Source: Eutreptiella sp. 'Long Island Sound 2002' | Lineage: Eukaryota; Protista; Euglenida | NCBI GenBank assembly: GCA_964036045.1 | Contig: OZ038378.1 | Coordinates: 177,940,001 to 178,004,000 of the forward strand | DNA: 64,000 nucleotides | Direction of reading: 5' to 3' | Shown: in pieces, positions 35,394-46,590 of the stretch | Layout of the letters: every line of letters begins with the position of its first letter | How positions within the stretch are numbered: position 1 is the first letter of the stretch | The notes under the pieces: model-generated | The model's input: the letters and a program-made list of their open reading frames with translations, nothing else | Databases searched by the model: none | Told to the model about the DNA's origin: nothing | Made by a program: the position numbers and the translations under genes

Positions 35394-36518
35394 TCGCCAT
35401 CGCTCCATGTTTCTATTTTTTGTTACCTTTGTGTACTTGTTGATTTCTCAATCCATTGGTGACACATTGCTTTTTGTTCGCACGCTCAGAACTGATGAGG
35501 GGCAGCTCTGCCCGAAACATGCATTGATTTCACATCTGCTTCTCTTTGCACGTGGAGCCCTCTTGCATTACACCGGTTGACCTTAAGGAGATCTTCGGTC
35601 ACACCAACGGCAAATTACACAGCGTTCAAAATTTCATTTTGCCGTTTTGCAGTGACACGCCGATTCATGTGCGGCGGGGCTGGATTTTCGGCGAATGCGT
35701 CCGATATTTAAGGCTCAATTCACATGCGGCGTTCTATTCTCTTTGCCTTCGCCGCCTTCGACTCGCTTTGGTCCGCTTAGGCTACCCCTCTTCCTGGTTC
35801 TCCCCCTTTCCGGTCACGTGGTTTTCTCGACATTCGTACATGCACCGGAAGATGCGACTGCCGAGGGAAGTGGTACACGTTTTTCGGGTACGATACAATG
35901 GGGCCGTACGGATGAATTGGGGAAACCCGGTTAAATGTCTATTGTATAGTCTACGCCGCCTCATGCCGTCGCTCCGCTTGCTTTGCATCATGCAACCGTC
36001 TATGAATTTGCGCAGGCGCTTTCATGGCGCCAAGATTCGTTCCCTTCTCGCTCTTGAGCGCCGTATATTACATCATGTGGACACACTTGAGATGCCTACA
36101 CAAGAACTACTCCTCAATTTGCACTAATGCTTTCTGACCTCCTGATGGGTGTGGATGGTGGGACCAAAATTTTCGAAAATTTCAGAATGTATTTGTTTCG
36201 ATATATTTTGGATGAGGAGTCACACACGAGGACGGACGCGCGCCCACAGCGCGCTCCACATCGCCAGTCGCCATCGCTCCATGTTTCTATTTTTTGTTAC
36301 CTTTGTGTACTTGTTGATTTCTCAATACATTGGTGACACATTGCTTTTTGTTCGCACGTTCAGAACTAATGAGGGGCAGCTCTGCCCGAAACATGTATTG
36401 ATTTCACATCTTCTTCTCTTTGCACGTGGAGCCCTCTTGCATTACACCGGTTGACCTAGAGGAGACCTTGGGTCACACCAACGGCAAATTACACAGCGTT
36501 CAAAATTTCATTTTGCCG
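35394..36518 (+). mobile_element. Penelope-like element fragment, copy 2 (offset 2283 bp from copy 1; ORF 35546-36127)
   Basis: Near-identical to 33111-34235; two amino-acid differences in the 193-aa ORF (RYHG/RYNG, KIHS/KIRS). Confidence 0.85.
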
Positions 36519-37592
36519 ATAGGTCCCCATAGGCCCCCATAGGCCCCCATAGGTCCTGATAGGCCCCCATAGGCCCCCATAGGCCCCCGTAGGCCCCCAT
36601 AGGCCCCCATAGGTCCCCATAGGCCCCCATAGATCCCCATAGGTCCCCACAGGCCCCCATAGGTCCCCATACGTCCCCACAGGCCCCCGTGGGCCCCGAT
36701 AGGTCTCCATAGGCCCCCATAGGCCCCCATAGGTCCCAATAGGCCCCCATACGTACCCATAGGCCACCATAGGTCCCCATAGGTTCCCATAGGTCCCCAT
36801 AGGCCCTCATAGGCCCCATGGGCCCCGATAGGTCCCCATAGGCCCCCATAGGTCCCCATTGGCCCCCATAGGTCCCCATGGGTCCCCACAGGCCCCCATC
36901 GGCCGCGATAGGTCCCCATAGGCCCCCATAGGTCCCCACAGGCACCCATAGGTCCCGACAGGTCCCCATAGGTCCGCATACCCATAGGTTCCCATAGGTC
37001 CCCATAGGCCCCCATAGGCCCCGATAGGTCCCCATAGGCCCCCATAAGTTCCTAGAGGTCCCCAAAGCCCCCCATAGGTCCCTACAGGTCCCCATATGTC
37101 CCCATAGGTCCCCATAGGCCCCCATAGGTCCCCATAGATCCCCATAGGTCCCATAGGTCCCCACAGGTACCCATAGGTCCCGATTGGCCCCCATAGGTCC
37201 CCGTAGGTCCCCATAGGTCCCCATAGGTCCCTACTGGCCCCCATAGGTCCCCGTAGGTTCCCACAGGTCCCCGAAGGCCCCCATAGGTCCCCATAGGCCC
37301 CCATAGGTCCCCATAGGTCTCCATAGGCCCCCATAGGTCCCCATAGGTTCCCATAGGTCCCCAAAGGCCCCCATAGGTCCCCATAGGTGCCCATAGGCCC
37401 CCATAGGTCCCCATAGGTTCCCAGAGGTCCCCAAAGGCCCCCATAGGTCCCCATAGGTCCCCATAGGTTCCCATAGGTCCCCATAGGCCCGCATAGGTCC
37501 CCAAAGGCCCCCATACGTTTCTAGAGGTCCCCAAAGGTCCCCATAGGTCCCCACAGGTCCCCACAGGTCCCCATAGGCCCCCATAGGTCCAT
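36519..37592. repeat. 10-bp minisatellite (GGYCCCCATA)n, array 3
   Basis: Directly visible. Confidence 0.98.
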
Positions 37593-37649
37593 AGGGCGCA
37601 TCAACGGCCCGCACAGCACGATCAGCACTTCGAAGACGGGAGAGGAACG

Positions 37650-38200
37650 ACCATTTTTTGAGCTGCCAAGGCTGGAAAACTACATAAGCAGGTTGTGCCC
37701 CAGGCCCTTGGGGAGGCCCCCTCCCCCGACACCCAAATAGGGTGAAAAACACATAAAGAGGGGCTAAACCATGCTTTATATAGGATATTTGATCATTTTG
37801 GATTGGTAGTGTATCAAAAAGATCAGTTTCGGAAATTTCCATTTTTGAGCTGCCGAGGCTGGTAAACTACATAAGCAAGTTGTGCCCTAGACCCCTTGGG
37901 AGCCCCCCCTACCCCCCACACACCCAAATAGGGTGAAAAACACATAAAGAGGGGCTAAAACATGCTTTACATAGCATATTTGATCATTTTGGATGGTAAG
38001 AATATAAAGAAAATCAGTTTTGGAAATTTCCATTTTTGAGTTGCTGAGGCTTGTAAACTACATAAGCAGGTTTTTTGTTAGCCCCTTGGGAGCCCCCCCC
38101 CCAAAAAAAACCCAAATAGGGTGAAAAACACATAAAGAGGGGCTAAAACATGCTTTACATAGCATATTTCATCCTTGAGAGTGGTCACAATATTAAAAAA
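37650..38200. repeat. About three tandem copies of a ~190-bp unit
   Basis: catttttgag(c/t)tgc...cccaaatagggtgaaaaacacataaagaggggctaaa recurs at about 190-bp spacing. Confidence 0.85.
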
Positions 38201-38299
38201 AAAAATGCAAAATTTTCCATTTTTGACCTGTAGAGGGTGGAAAACTGCTTACGCGGTTTGTGAACACACCAAATGCCATTGAACCACCTACAAACAGCA

Positions 38300-39140
38300 A
38301 TTTCGAAGCTTTTGGGGGGCCCATGGCTCGGGCTAGATACCTAGGTGGGTTAGCACATCTTTCAAAACTCACGAATTCCACGCAACTTGTGCTGCGTGAC
38401 AAGCTTCAGCGATTGTGCCCTTGCCTCCGCCGGTGTACTACATGGAACACCCGGAGGAGACTGACCTACAAACCACCCGGACCGCTTGTGGATGTACTGC
38501 TCCCGAGCATGGTCCAAATAGTGGGGCGTTGCCGAGTAGTGGTCCTCCAATGCAACCCAACCCGCCATTTTACCGAAGGCGTGGTGCCTGGGGAAATGGC
38601 AAAATCTTTGTCAAACCATGTGACAAACTGATCAAATGTGCCCTCTTCGCTTGGTAATGTTGCAGCACCGTCACCGTCCTTTGGGGCCGTCTTCCAACGT
38701 CCACCAACAACGACCCGTGTGTGAGTCACCTTACCATCGGGTTTGCTTCGGGGCAAGAGCTCCAAATCCAAGCCCTTACTCTTAGATAATCTGAGTACCA
38801 CCTCCTCACCCACATCTCCCACCTGGGCCATGGCAGCATTAATAGAAGCACAACGTGGGAAAAGATTCACAAACAACCAAGAAACGGCACACTGCATGTG
38901 TATTCCAAGGGTATCATCCGTGCCCACGGGACTCGTTGTAGCCGATTTCTTCGTGCATGCCTCGGTGCCATCCGCAGAGCTTTGCTGGTGGAGGACACTG
39001 TTGCATGCACGAAGCGAAAGAGAAAAAAATGGGCCCCCTGCCGTCTGGGGAGTTAGCAAGGAGGTACAAATGATTCTTGCTACTATGTTCGTTAGTAGTG
39101 GTGTCCTTAACGGGAAAAAAAAAGTTGTTCCAGAACCAGG
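38300..39140 (-). pseudogene. Possible degenerate DNA transposase (hAT-like) fragment
   Basis: Weak: HMQCAVSWL (cf. CAAH) and THTRVVVGGRWKT (cf. TRW) in ORF 38466-39158. Confidence 0.3.
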
Positions 39141-39145
39141 TAAGC

Positions 39146-41414
39146 ACGGTGGGTACAATCAGAGCGGGGGGGGAAATCAGAAATGGCCCACTTATGGGCA
39201 AAGTGGCTACGTCACAGCTGCCGTCTCGGGGATCCCCACCGCTGCAGAGCGGGGGGGGGGGGGGTCAAAAGTGGCCCACAAGTGGGCAAAGTGGCTACGT
39301 CATCCCTGCCGTCTCGGGGAGCCCCACTGCTTCAGAGCGGGGGGCAAAATCAGAAGTGGCCCACTTGTGGGCAAAGTGGCTACGTCACAGCTGCCGTCTC
39401 GGGGATCCCCACCGCTGCAGAGCGGGGGGGGGGGGGGGGGGATCAGAAGTGGCCCACAAGTGGGCAAAGTGGCTACATCACCCCTGCCGTCTCGGGGATC
39501 CCCACCGCTGCAACGCGGGGGGGGGAAATCAGAAGTGGCCCACTTGTGGGCAAAGTGGCTACGTCACCCCTGCCGTCTCGGGGATCCCCAGCGCTTCAGA
39601 GCGGGGGGGGAGGGGGAATCAGAAGTGGCCCACAAGTGGGCAAAGTGGCTACATCACCCCTGCCGTCTCGGGGATCCCCACCGCTGCAGAGCGGGGGGGG
39701 AAATCAGAAGTGGCCCACAAGTGGGCAAGAGGGCTACGTCACCCCTGCCGTCTCGGGGATCCCCACCGCTGCAGAGCGGGGGGGGAAATCAGAAGTGGCC
39801 CACAAGTGGGCAAGGTGGCCACGTCACCCGTGCCATCTCGGGGATCCCCAACGCTTCAGAGCGGGGGGGGGAAATCAGAAGTGGCCCACTTGTGGGCAAA
39901 GTGGCTACCTCACCCCTGCCGTCTCGGGGATCCCCACCGCTGCAGAGCGGGGGTGGGGGGGGATCAGAAGTGGCCCACAAGTGGGCAAAGTGGCTACGTC
40001 ACCGCTGCTGTCTCGGGGATCCCCACCGCTTCAGAGCGGGGGGCAAAATCAGAAGTGGCCCACAAGTGGGCAAAGTGGCTACCTCACCCCTGCCGTCTCG
40101 GGGATCCCCACCGCTGCAGAGCGGGGGTGGGGGGGGATCAGAAGTGGCCAACAAGTGGGCAAAGTGGCTACGTCACCGCTGCTGTCTCGGGGATCCCCAC
40201 CGCTTCAGAGCGGGGGGATAAAATCAGAAGTAGCCCACAAGTGGGCAAAGTGGCTATGTCACCCCCGCCGTCTCGGGGATCCCCACCGTTGCAGAGCGGG
40301 GGGGGAAATCAGAAGTGGCCCACAAGTGGGCAAAGTGGCTACGTCAGCCCTGCTGTCTCGGGGATCCCAACCGCTTCAGAGCGGGGGCCAAAATCAGAAG
40401 TGGCCCACAAGTGGAGAAAGTGGCTACGTCAACCCTGCCGTCTCGGGGATCCCCACCGCTGCACAGCGCGGGGGGAAATCAGAAATGGTCCACTTATGGG
40501 CAAAGCAGCTATGTCACCCCTGCCGTCTCGGGGATCCCCACCGCTGCAAAGCGGGGGGGGGGGGGGATCAAAAGTGGCCCACAAGTGGGCAAAGTGGCTA
40601 CGTCACCCTTGCCGTCTCGGGGATCCCCACCGCTTCAGAGCGGGGAGCAAAATCAGAAGTGGCCCACTTGTGGGCAAAGTGGCTACGTCACAGCTGCCGA
40701 CTCGGGGATCCCCACCGCTTCAGAGCGGGGGGGGGGGGGGGGATCAGAATTGGCCCACAAGTGGGCAATGTGGCTATGTCACCCCTGCCGTCTCGGGGAT
40801 CCCCACCGCTGCAGAGCGGGGGGCAAAATCAGAAGCGGCCCACAAGTGGGCAAAGTGGCTACGTCACCCCTGCCGTCTCCGGGATCCCAAGCGCTGCAGA
40901 GGAGGGGGGGGGGGGGATCAGAAGTGGCCCACAAGTGGGCAATGTGGCTACCTCACCCCTGCTATATCGGGGATCCCCACCGCTGCAGAGCGGGGGGGGA
41001 AATCAGAAGTGGCCCACAAGTGGGCAAAGTGGCTACCTCACCCGTGCCGTCTCGGGGATCCCCACCGCTGCAGAGCGGAGGGGGAAATCAGAAGTGGCCC
41101 ACAAGTGGGCAAAGTGGCTACGTCACCCCTGGCGTATCGGGGATCCCCACCGCTGCAGAGCGGGGGGCAAAGTCAGAAGAGGCCCACAAGTGGGCAAAGT
41201 GGCTACGTCACCCCTGCCGTCTCGGTGATCCCCACCGCTGCAAAGCGGGGGGGGGAAATCAGAAGTGGCCCACAAGTGGGCAAAGTGGCTACGTCACCCT
41301 TGCTGTATCGGGGATCCCCACCGCTGCAGAGCGGGGGGGGGGGGAATCACAAGTGGCCCACAAACGGGCAAAGTGGCTACGCCACCCCTGCCGTCTCGGG
41401 GATCCCCACCGCTT
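39146..41414 (+). repeat. Tandem array of ~80-83-bp palindrome-rich units, array A
   Basis: Unit AAATCAGAAGTGGCCCACAAGTGGGCAAAGTGGCTACGTCACCCCTGCCGTCTCGGGGATCCCCACCGCTGCAGAGCG(G)n. Confidence 0.97.
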
Positions 41415-41454
41415 GCGAAACTGAGTAAAAAATATTTTTTACTCAGTTTCGCAA
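41413..41454. repeat. Perfect 42-bp palindrome
   Basis: TTGCGAAACTGAGTAAAAAATATTTTTTACTCAGTTTCGCAA is its own reverse complement. Confidence 0.95.
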
Positions 41455-41780
41455 CTGAGTAGAAACCCCACTTACTGAGTAACAAATTGTTTTTTTACTC
41501 AGTTTTGAAACTGAGTAAATTTTTTTTTTTCACAAAAAAACTTTTACTCGGTTTTACCACGGACCCAACAATTTTGGGGCGTCCGGAGGGCCCATGGCAC
41601 GGGCTACATAGGCCTAGCGGCCACTACGTGGTCACAGGTGGGCACATCGCCTACATGCATGCATTTTCAGTAAAATTGGTAATTGCTTCTTTGCGGTAAG
41701 GTCGTGTAATTTTTTTATTTTTGCGGTAAACACGTGTAGGAAAAAATTGTCACGTCGTGTAATTTTTTTTTTGCGGTAAG

Positions 41781-41954
41781 TCGTGTAATTTTTTTTTGCG
41801 GTAAATGGGTGTAATAAAAAAATCGTCTAGTCGTGTAATTTTTGTTTGCGGTAAATCGTGTAAGCCGGCCTACACGACTTACCGCAAAAAAAAATTACAC
41901 GACTAGACGATTTTTTTGTTACACGCACTTACCGCAAAAAAAAAAATTACACGA
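41781..41954. repeat. Foldback inverted repeat (~82-bp arms, loop AGCCGGCC) built of ~30-bp subrepeats
   Basis: tcgtgtaatttt..gcggtaa..tcgtgta / tacacga..ttaccgc..aaaattacacga; extra direct subrepeats from about 41690. Confidence 0.9.
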
Positions 41955-44170
41955 ATTACAACATACACTCAGCTGTGGTGTGGTGTGGCCAGGGGTTGCC
42001 ATAAAAAAAAAACTCAAAGTGTCCAATACGCCCTATCTCACCAAAGGCGCTGCACTAAGAGACACGCACAACACAGTGTGGGCGCCGCGCCGGCTCCTTA
42101 AACGTCCACATCCGTTGTTCAAGGGTACAATTGCGAGAAGTGTGCGGTCACACGGGCCAGCTATGCAGGCTTGGTACCGCGCACTGAGAGACTATGGAGT
42201 CTGCAAATGGACTTCAATTCAACCACTGTCCACTAAATCATTGTCCCTTGCTTCATGGCTTTGCACACCTCTCTGTCCACATCATATTGAAACTGCACTC
42301 TGGCACTGCCGTCACTGGTAGGGCGTTGAACCTGGGGGGGGGGGGGGGGGGGCAGGGTGTACATCTTGCTGCACTATCGGTTCCAAGGCAGGGGAGGGGG
42401 CATCTACATCTTGATCAACATCACCAGCGTCACTTTCTGCATCCCCAATGACGCCATATGTCTCCCAAATCTCATCGCAATTGGGGCTGGAGTCATTGCT
42501 TTGTGAGACAGTCCACAGAGCACGCATTTCATCCGTCACCTCAGGGGTGGGGCTGTCAACTGAAACTGCAAGATCCTTGAACGCCTCAAAATGAAGGAGT
42601 GGGCAGTCATCCAACCCTGGTTTTTCCTCTCCGTCTACTTTGCGCTTTCTGGGTCGAAATGGAACGTCCCGCAATGCGTTAAACACGGCTGCGGGACACC
42701 AGTCCTCTGGAGCCTCACCGTTACACCGAACAAGCAAATTATCACTCATGAAGTGTGCGGGTTGGCCCGCATCTGCCTGAGTCATGTAACTAAACACACG
42801 CTCACATGAACAGGAGCTAGCCTGAGCGAAATCTGGCAGGCTGTCAGGGTTAACCCAATTGCCCTGTGCGAACCGCGATTGCAGATCAGCAATGAGGGCG
42901 TTGAGAAAGCATGCCCGGCTACCACGAACAGGGCTGATCGCTGGGTCAACACACAGTCGGCTCTCCCACCCGCCTTCCAAAACATGTGTGCGCAGATGTG
43001 CAAGTTGGCTGCACATCAAATTCACCAGACCACGCACGGCATCGATGGTTACACCCCGGTTAGCCTGCACAAGTTTGCTGCCTGCACACACGATGGTGAA
43101 AACATCTGCAAAGAAAGCCGCTGACACCTGGAAAAGATTGTTCGATAGGGCTGCCAGAAGTCCAGTGGCCTTCGCCTTCCGTTGTGCGTCTCCTTCAGCA
43201 GAAATGTATTCAGGTAGGTGTTTGAGGGCTGCATCCAAATTTCGTAAAACAATTGTTAGCTCCCTGCCCATTGCTTCTACCCATCGCACTCCCGTGCGTC
43301 GCTGGAAGCAATGCTTGCCCCCATGCCGGCCTAGGCCACGCATTCGTTTCGAAGAAGTGCGGTAAAAAATGCACATCAGGGAGACTGCCAAATCAAGTGC
43401 CTTGTACCACGTTCTCACTGTGGCCTTCCTGTGGGCAACACTACGCATCAGCCCATGCGCAGCATCTCGGATCCAAACAATGGGGTCAACACTGGAGGGA
43501 CGCGCGGCATTCAACCTTGCCACATAGGAGCGCATGACAATTGCTCCATCAGACACAACACCCACCAACCTGTCCAAAATCCACTGCCACGGGATATCAA
43601 GACGGCGGAAAATTTTCTGCACAGCAACATCATATGCAGCAGCAGATCTCATGCGCCTCCACATGCCGTGCAAAAGTGAAGGCCATGTTGCATGCACGCT
43701 GCACAGCGGACTCGGGTGGCACATCCCCTACTCTTGGAATCAAAGCGTCCAACGTCACAGTGGACACCTGACTGACACGACCACTGAGGAGGGGTCCGGC
43801 ATCGGCGGCCTCCGGCGTGGGGGCGTGGTAGGTCACGATAAGCACATGCATGTGAGGCAGAAAAACTACGCAACGGACACAAAAATGCGCCATGGGTCCA
43901 AGTAGCAGGTAGAACAGAGACACAGCAAGGGCGATCATTGCGGTCGGAGGAAAAGAATGCCACAAATGGCGCCCTACTCCTGTCGCTGTGCGGCGAGTGC
44001 TCTCCTGGGTGCCTCCTCCCATCGCTCTACGGCGAGTGCATTCATTTTGGTTTAGGTTTCGGCACACGCAAGTTTGGGTTTGGGCACCACTTGCTACTTC
44101 AAATTTCATATGGGGAGCCGCCCCACTAGTTACCTAAAAAGTGCATGCACGGGCGCGCAACAAAGCCAAA

Positions 44171-45228
44171 CACGGTGGGTACAATCAGAGCGGGGGGATA
44201 AAATCAGAAGTGGCCCACGAGTGGGCAAAGTGGCTACCTCACCCCTGCTATATCGGGGATCCCCACCGCTAGAGAGGGGGGGGGATAAAATCAGAAGTGG
44301 CCCACAAGTGGGCAATGTGGCTACCTCACCCCTGCCGTATCGGGGATCCCCACCGCTGCAGAGCGGGGGCATAATTTCAGAAGTGACCCACAAGTGGGCA
44401 ATGTGGCTACCTCACCCCTGCCGTATCGGGGATCCCCACTGCTTCAGAGCGGGGGGATAAAATCAGAAGTGGCCGACGAGTGGGCAAAGTGGTTACCTCA
44501 CCCCTGCCGTATCAGGGATCCCCACCGCTTCAGAGCGGGGGGATAAAATCAGAAGTGGCCCACAAGTGGGCAATGTGGCTACCTAACCCCTGCCGTATCG
44601 GGGATCCCCACCGCTTCAGAGCGGGGGGATAAAATCAGAAGTGGCCCACAAGTGGGCAATGTGGCTACCTCACCCCTGCCGCATCGGGGATCCCCACCGC
44701 TTCAGAGCGGGGGGCAAAATCAGAAGTGGCCCACTTGTGGGCAATGTGGCTACCTCACCCCTGCCGTATCGGGGATCCCCACCGCTTCAGAGCGGGGGGC
44801 AAAATCAGAAGTGGCCCACAAGTGGGCAATGTGGCTACGTCACCCCTGCCGTATCGGGGATCCCCACTGCTTCAGAGCGGGGGGCAAAGTCAGAAGTGGC
44901 CCACTTGTGGGCAAAGTGGCTACCTCACCCCTGCCGTATCGGGGATCCCCACCGCTTCAGAGCGGGGGGATAAAATCAGAAGTGGCCCACGAGTGGGCAA
45001 AGTGGCTACCTCACCCCTGCCGTATCGGGGATCCCCACCGCTTCAGAGCGGGGGGATAAAATCAGAAGTGGCCCACAAGTGGGCAATGTGGCTACCTCAC
45101 CCCTGGCGTATCGGGGATCCCCACCGCTGCAGAGCGGGGGGCAAAATCAGAAGTGGCCCACTTGTGGGCAATGTGGCTACCTCACCCCTGCCGTATCGGG
45201 GATCCCCACCGCTTCAGAGCGGGGGGCA
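44171..45228 (+). repeat. Tandem array of the ~80-bp palindrome-rich unit, array B, inside the hAT element
   Basis: Same unit and same leader CACGGTGGGTACAATCAGAGCGGGGG as array A. Confidence 0.97.
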
Positions 45229-45274
45229 AACATGAAGACACAAAAAACACCAAAAAAGCGAAGGCAAAAATATT

Positions 45275-45348
45275 GCAGGCAGCTGGGTTTGAACCCAGGA
45301 CCTCTGAAATTAGCGCCTAGTGCTACTACCAACTAAGCTATGCCAGGC
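45275..45348 (-). pseudogene. tRNA-like sequence (pseudo-tRNA or SINE head)
   Basis: Reverse complement GCCTGGCATAGCTTAGTTGGTAGTAGCACTAGGCGCTAATTTCAGAGGTCCTGGGTTCAAACCCAGCTGCCTGC has A-box and B-box and a good T-arm, but poor acceptor and anticodon stems. Confidence 0.6.
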
Positions 45349-45911
45349 TTGACACATCAGAGAATGGTTGCCTTAGTAAAAAAAAAAAAAACTCTGAGCG
45401 TCCTTATGGCAACCCCTGGGTGTGGCACACAATTGATGTGTATGCCCATGTACCCTAGGCCTTATAGAAAAACGAGAGAGGTGCTTTAGGGCTAGTCAAA
45501 CCAAGAGAGAGAATCCGATGAGGAAGAAATGCTCAAATTTGAATGAAGAAGGCATTCCTCCACATCGCGATTGCAGTCAATTGTCACAGTTGCTTGGCAC
45601 ATATTCTTGCCCCTGTTCCCACAACTTTTGACATCTACCAAACGTGCAACGCTGCATTCTATAGCAGGAGCTGTCATTCTACAGCAGGAGCTGTCACTAG
45701 ACACCATAGATACAGAGCGTCTGCCCTCTACAAATATAACAGGGTGATCCTGCAGAAATATTTTGTGTGTTCACCGATGTGAATTTTAGGATGTGTCCCA
45801 AAAAGGTTGCGGTCCCAGTCCTCTTTAATATGATTAACATTATCTTTTCAGGTTCTGAGATATCCTCATTCCCCCTCTTCGAAATCCTCGTTTTCTGAAT
45901 TGGTGCACCTT

Positions 45912-46590
45912 GGGGGAATGTTTGCCCGGCGCGCCCGGCGCGCTACTTTTCTATTAACTATCCCAACTTCAGTCCCAGATTTACCCTCTCATGGAGAAGC
46001 CCCCCAAGTAGACCACGTTACACTGCACACCTTCCCTACAAAGCACGTTGCATAATAAAGCAATATCTGTGAATTCAGCAACTCCAACTGTCATCTGTGT
46101 TGTACTTCACAAACAACATTGGTCCCACAAGTGTGGGTGTCTATACAGTCAGTACAATAGTGCTCCTTACACTCATCACAAACTGCGGCGGTGGAGCGCT
46201 TCTGGCAACACAACACACACACTTCTGCCTCATCCTCTGCCTCATCTTGCGTGCCACAACCGAGCAAACAGCTGCTCAATGCGTGCCCTATACCACCCAT
46301 GCACGTCATTGTAACATTGTTGGCGGGCTGTCAAAGTGCCATTCTTTCTTCCAATGAGAGGCACAATGACATGAATCTGGCCTTTATAAGCACCATCATG
46401 GCCCCCAACTTCAAAAACAAAGAAATCACCTCGGGTACGAGGGGGTCCATACCCATCCCAAATCAAAACATCTGCTGATGTCCCGGGGGCTAAGGGGCAA
46501 ATCCATATAATGTTGCCCAACATATCAACAGCAACAGTCCACCGGTAGGGCACGGGTCACAAAAGATGCCCGGCGCGCTAACGTTCCCCC
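45912..46590 (-). mobile_element. Non-autonomous PIF/Harbinger-like element carrying a transposase C-terminal half
   Basis: Imperfect TIRs GGGGGAAYGTTWGC; 3-bp TSD CTT (45909-45911 and 46591-46593). VAVDMLGNIIWICPLAPGTSADVLIW..GHDGAYKG..YNDVHGWYRARIEQLFARL matches DDE_Tnp_4-type motifs from memory. Confidence 0.7.

Larger units (their letters stand above)
41990..45418 (-). mobile_element. hAT DNA transposon with perfect 14-bp TIRs and 8-bp TSD; degenerate transposase at 42312-44100
   Basis: TIR CAGGGGTTGCCATA (41990-42003) / TATGGCAACCCCTG (45405-45418); TSD GGTGTGGC (41982-41989 and 45419-45426). Protein motifs LVGVVSDGAIVM, DAAHGL, GVRW, ASSCSCERVFSYM. Confidence 0.95.

Noticed and set aside
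31300-37842. Long GPMGTYGDLW-repeat ORFs on the minus strand
   Set aside because: They are translations of the 10-bp minisatellite, open in several frames at once; no evidence of coding.
38743-45336. Long ORFs in, and CRISPR-like appearance of, the palindromic 80-bp arrays
   Set aside because: Units are contiguous with no unique spacers, no cas genes are present and the context is eukaryotic. The ORFs are repeat translations.
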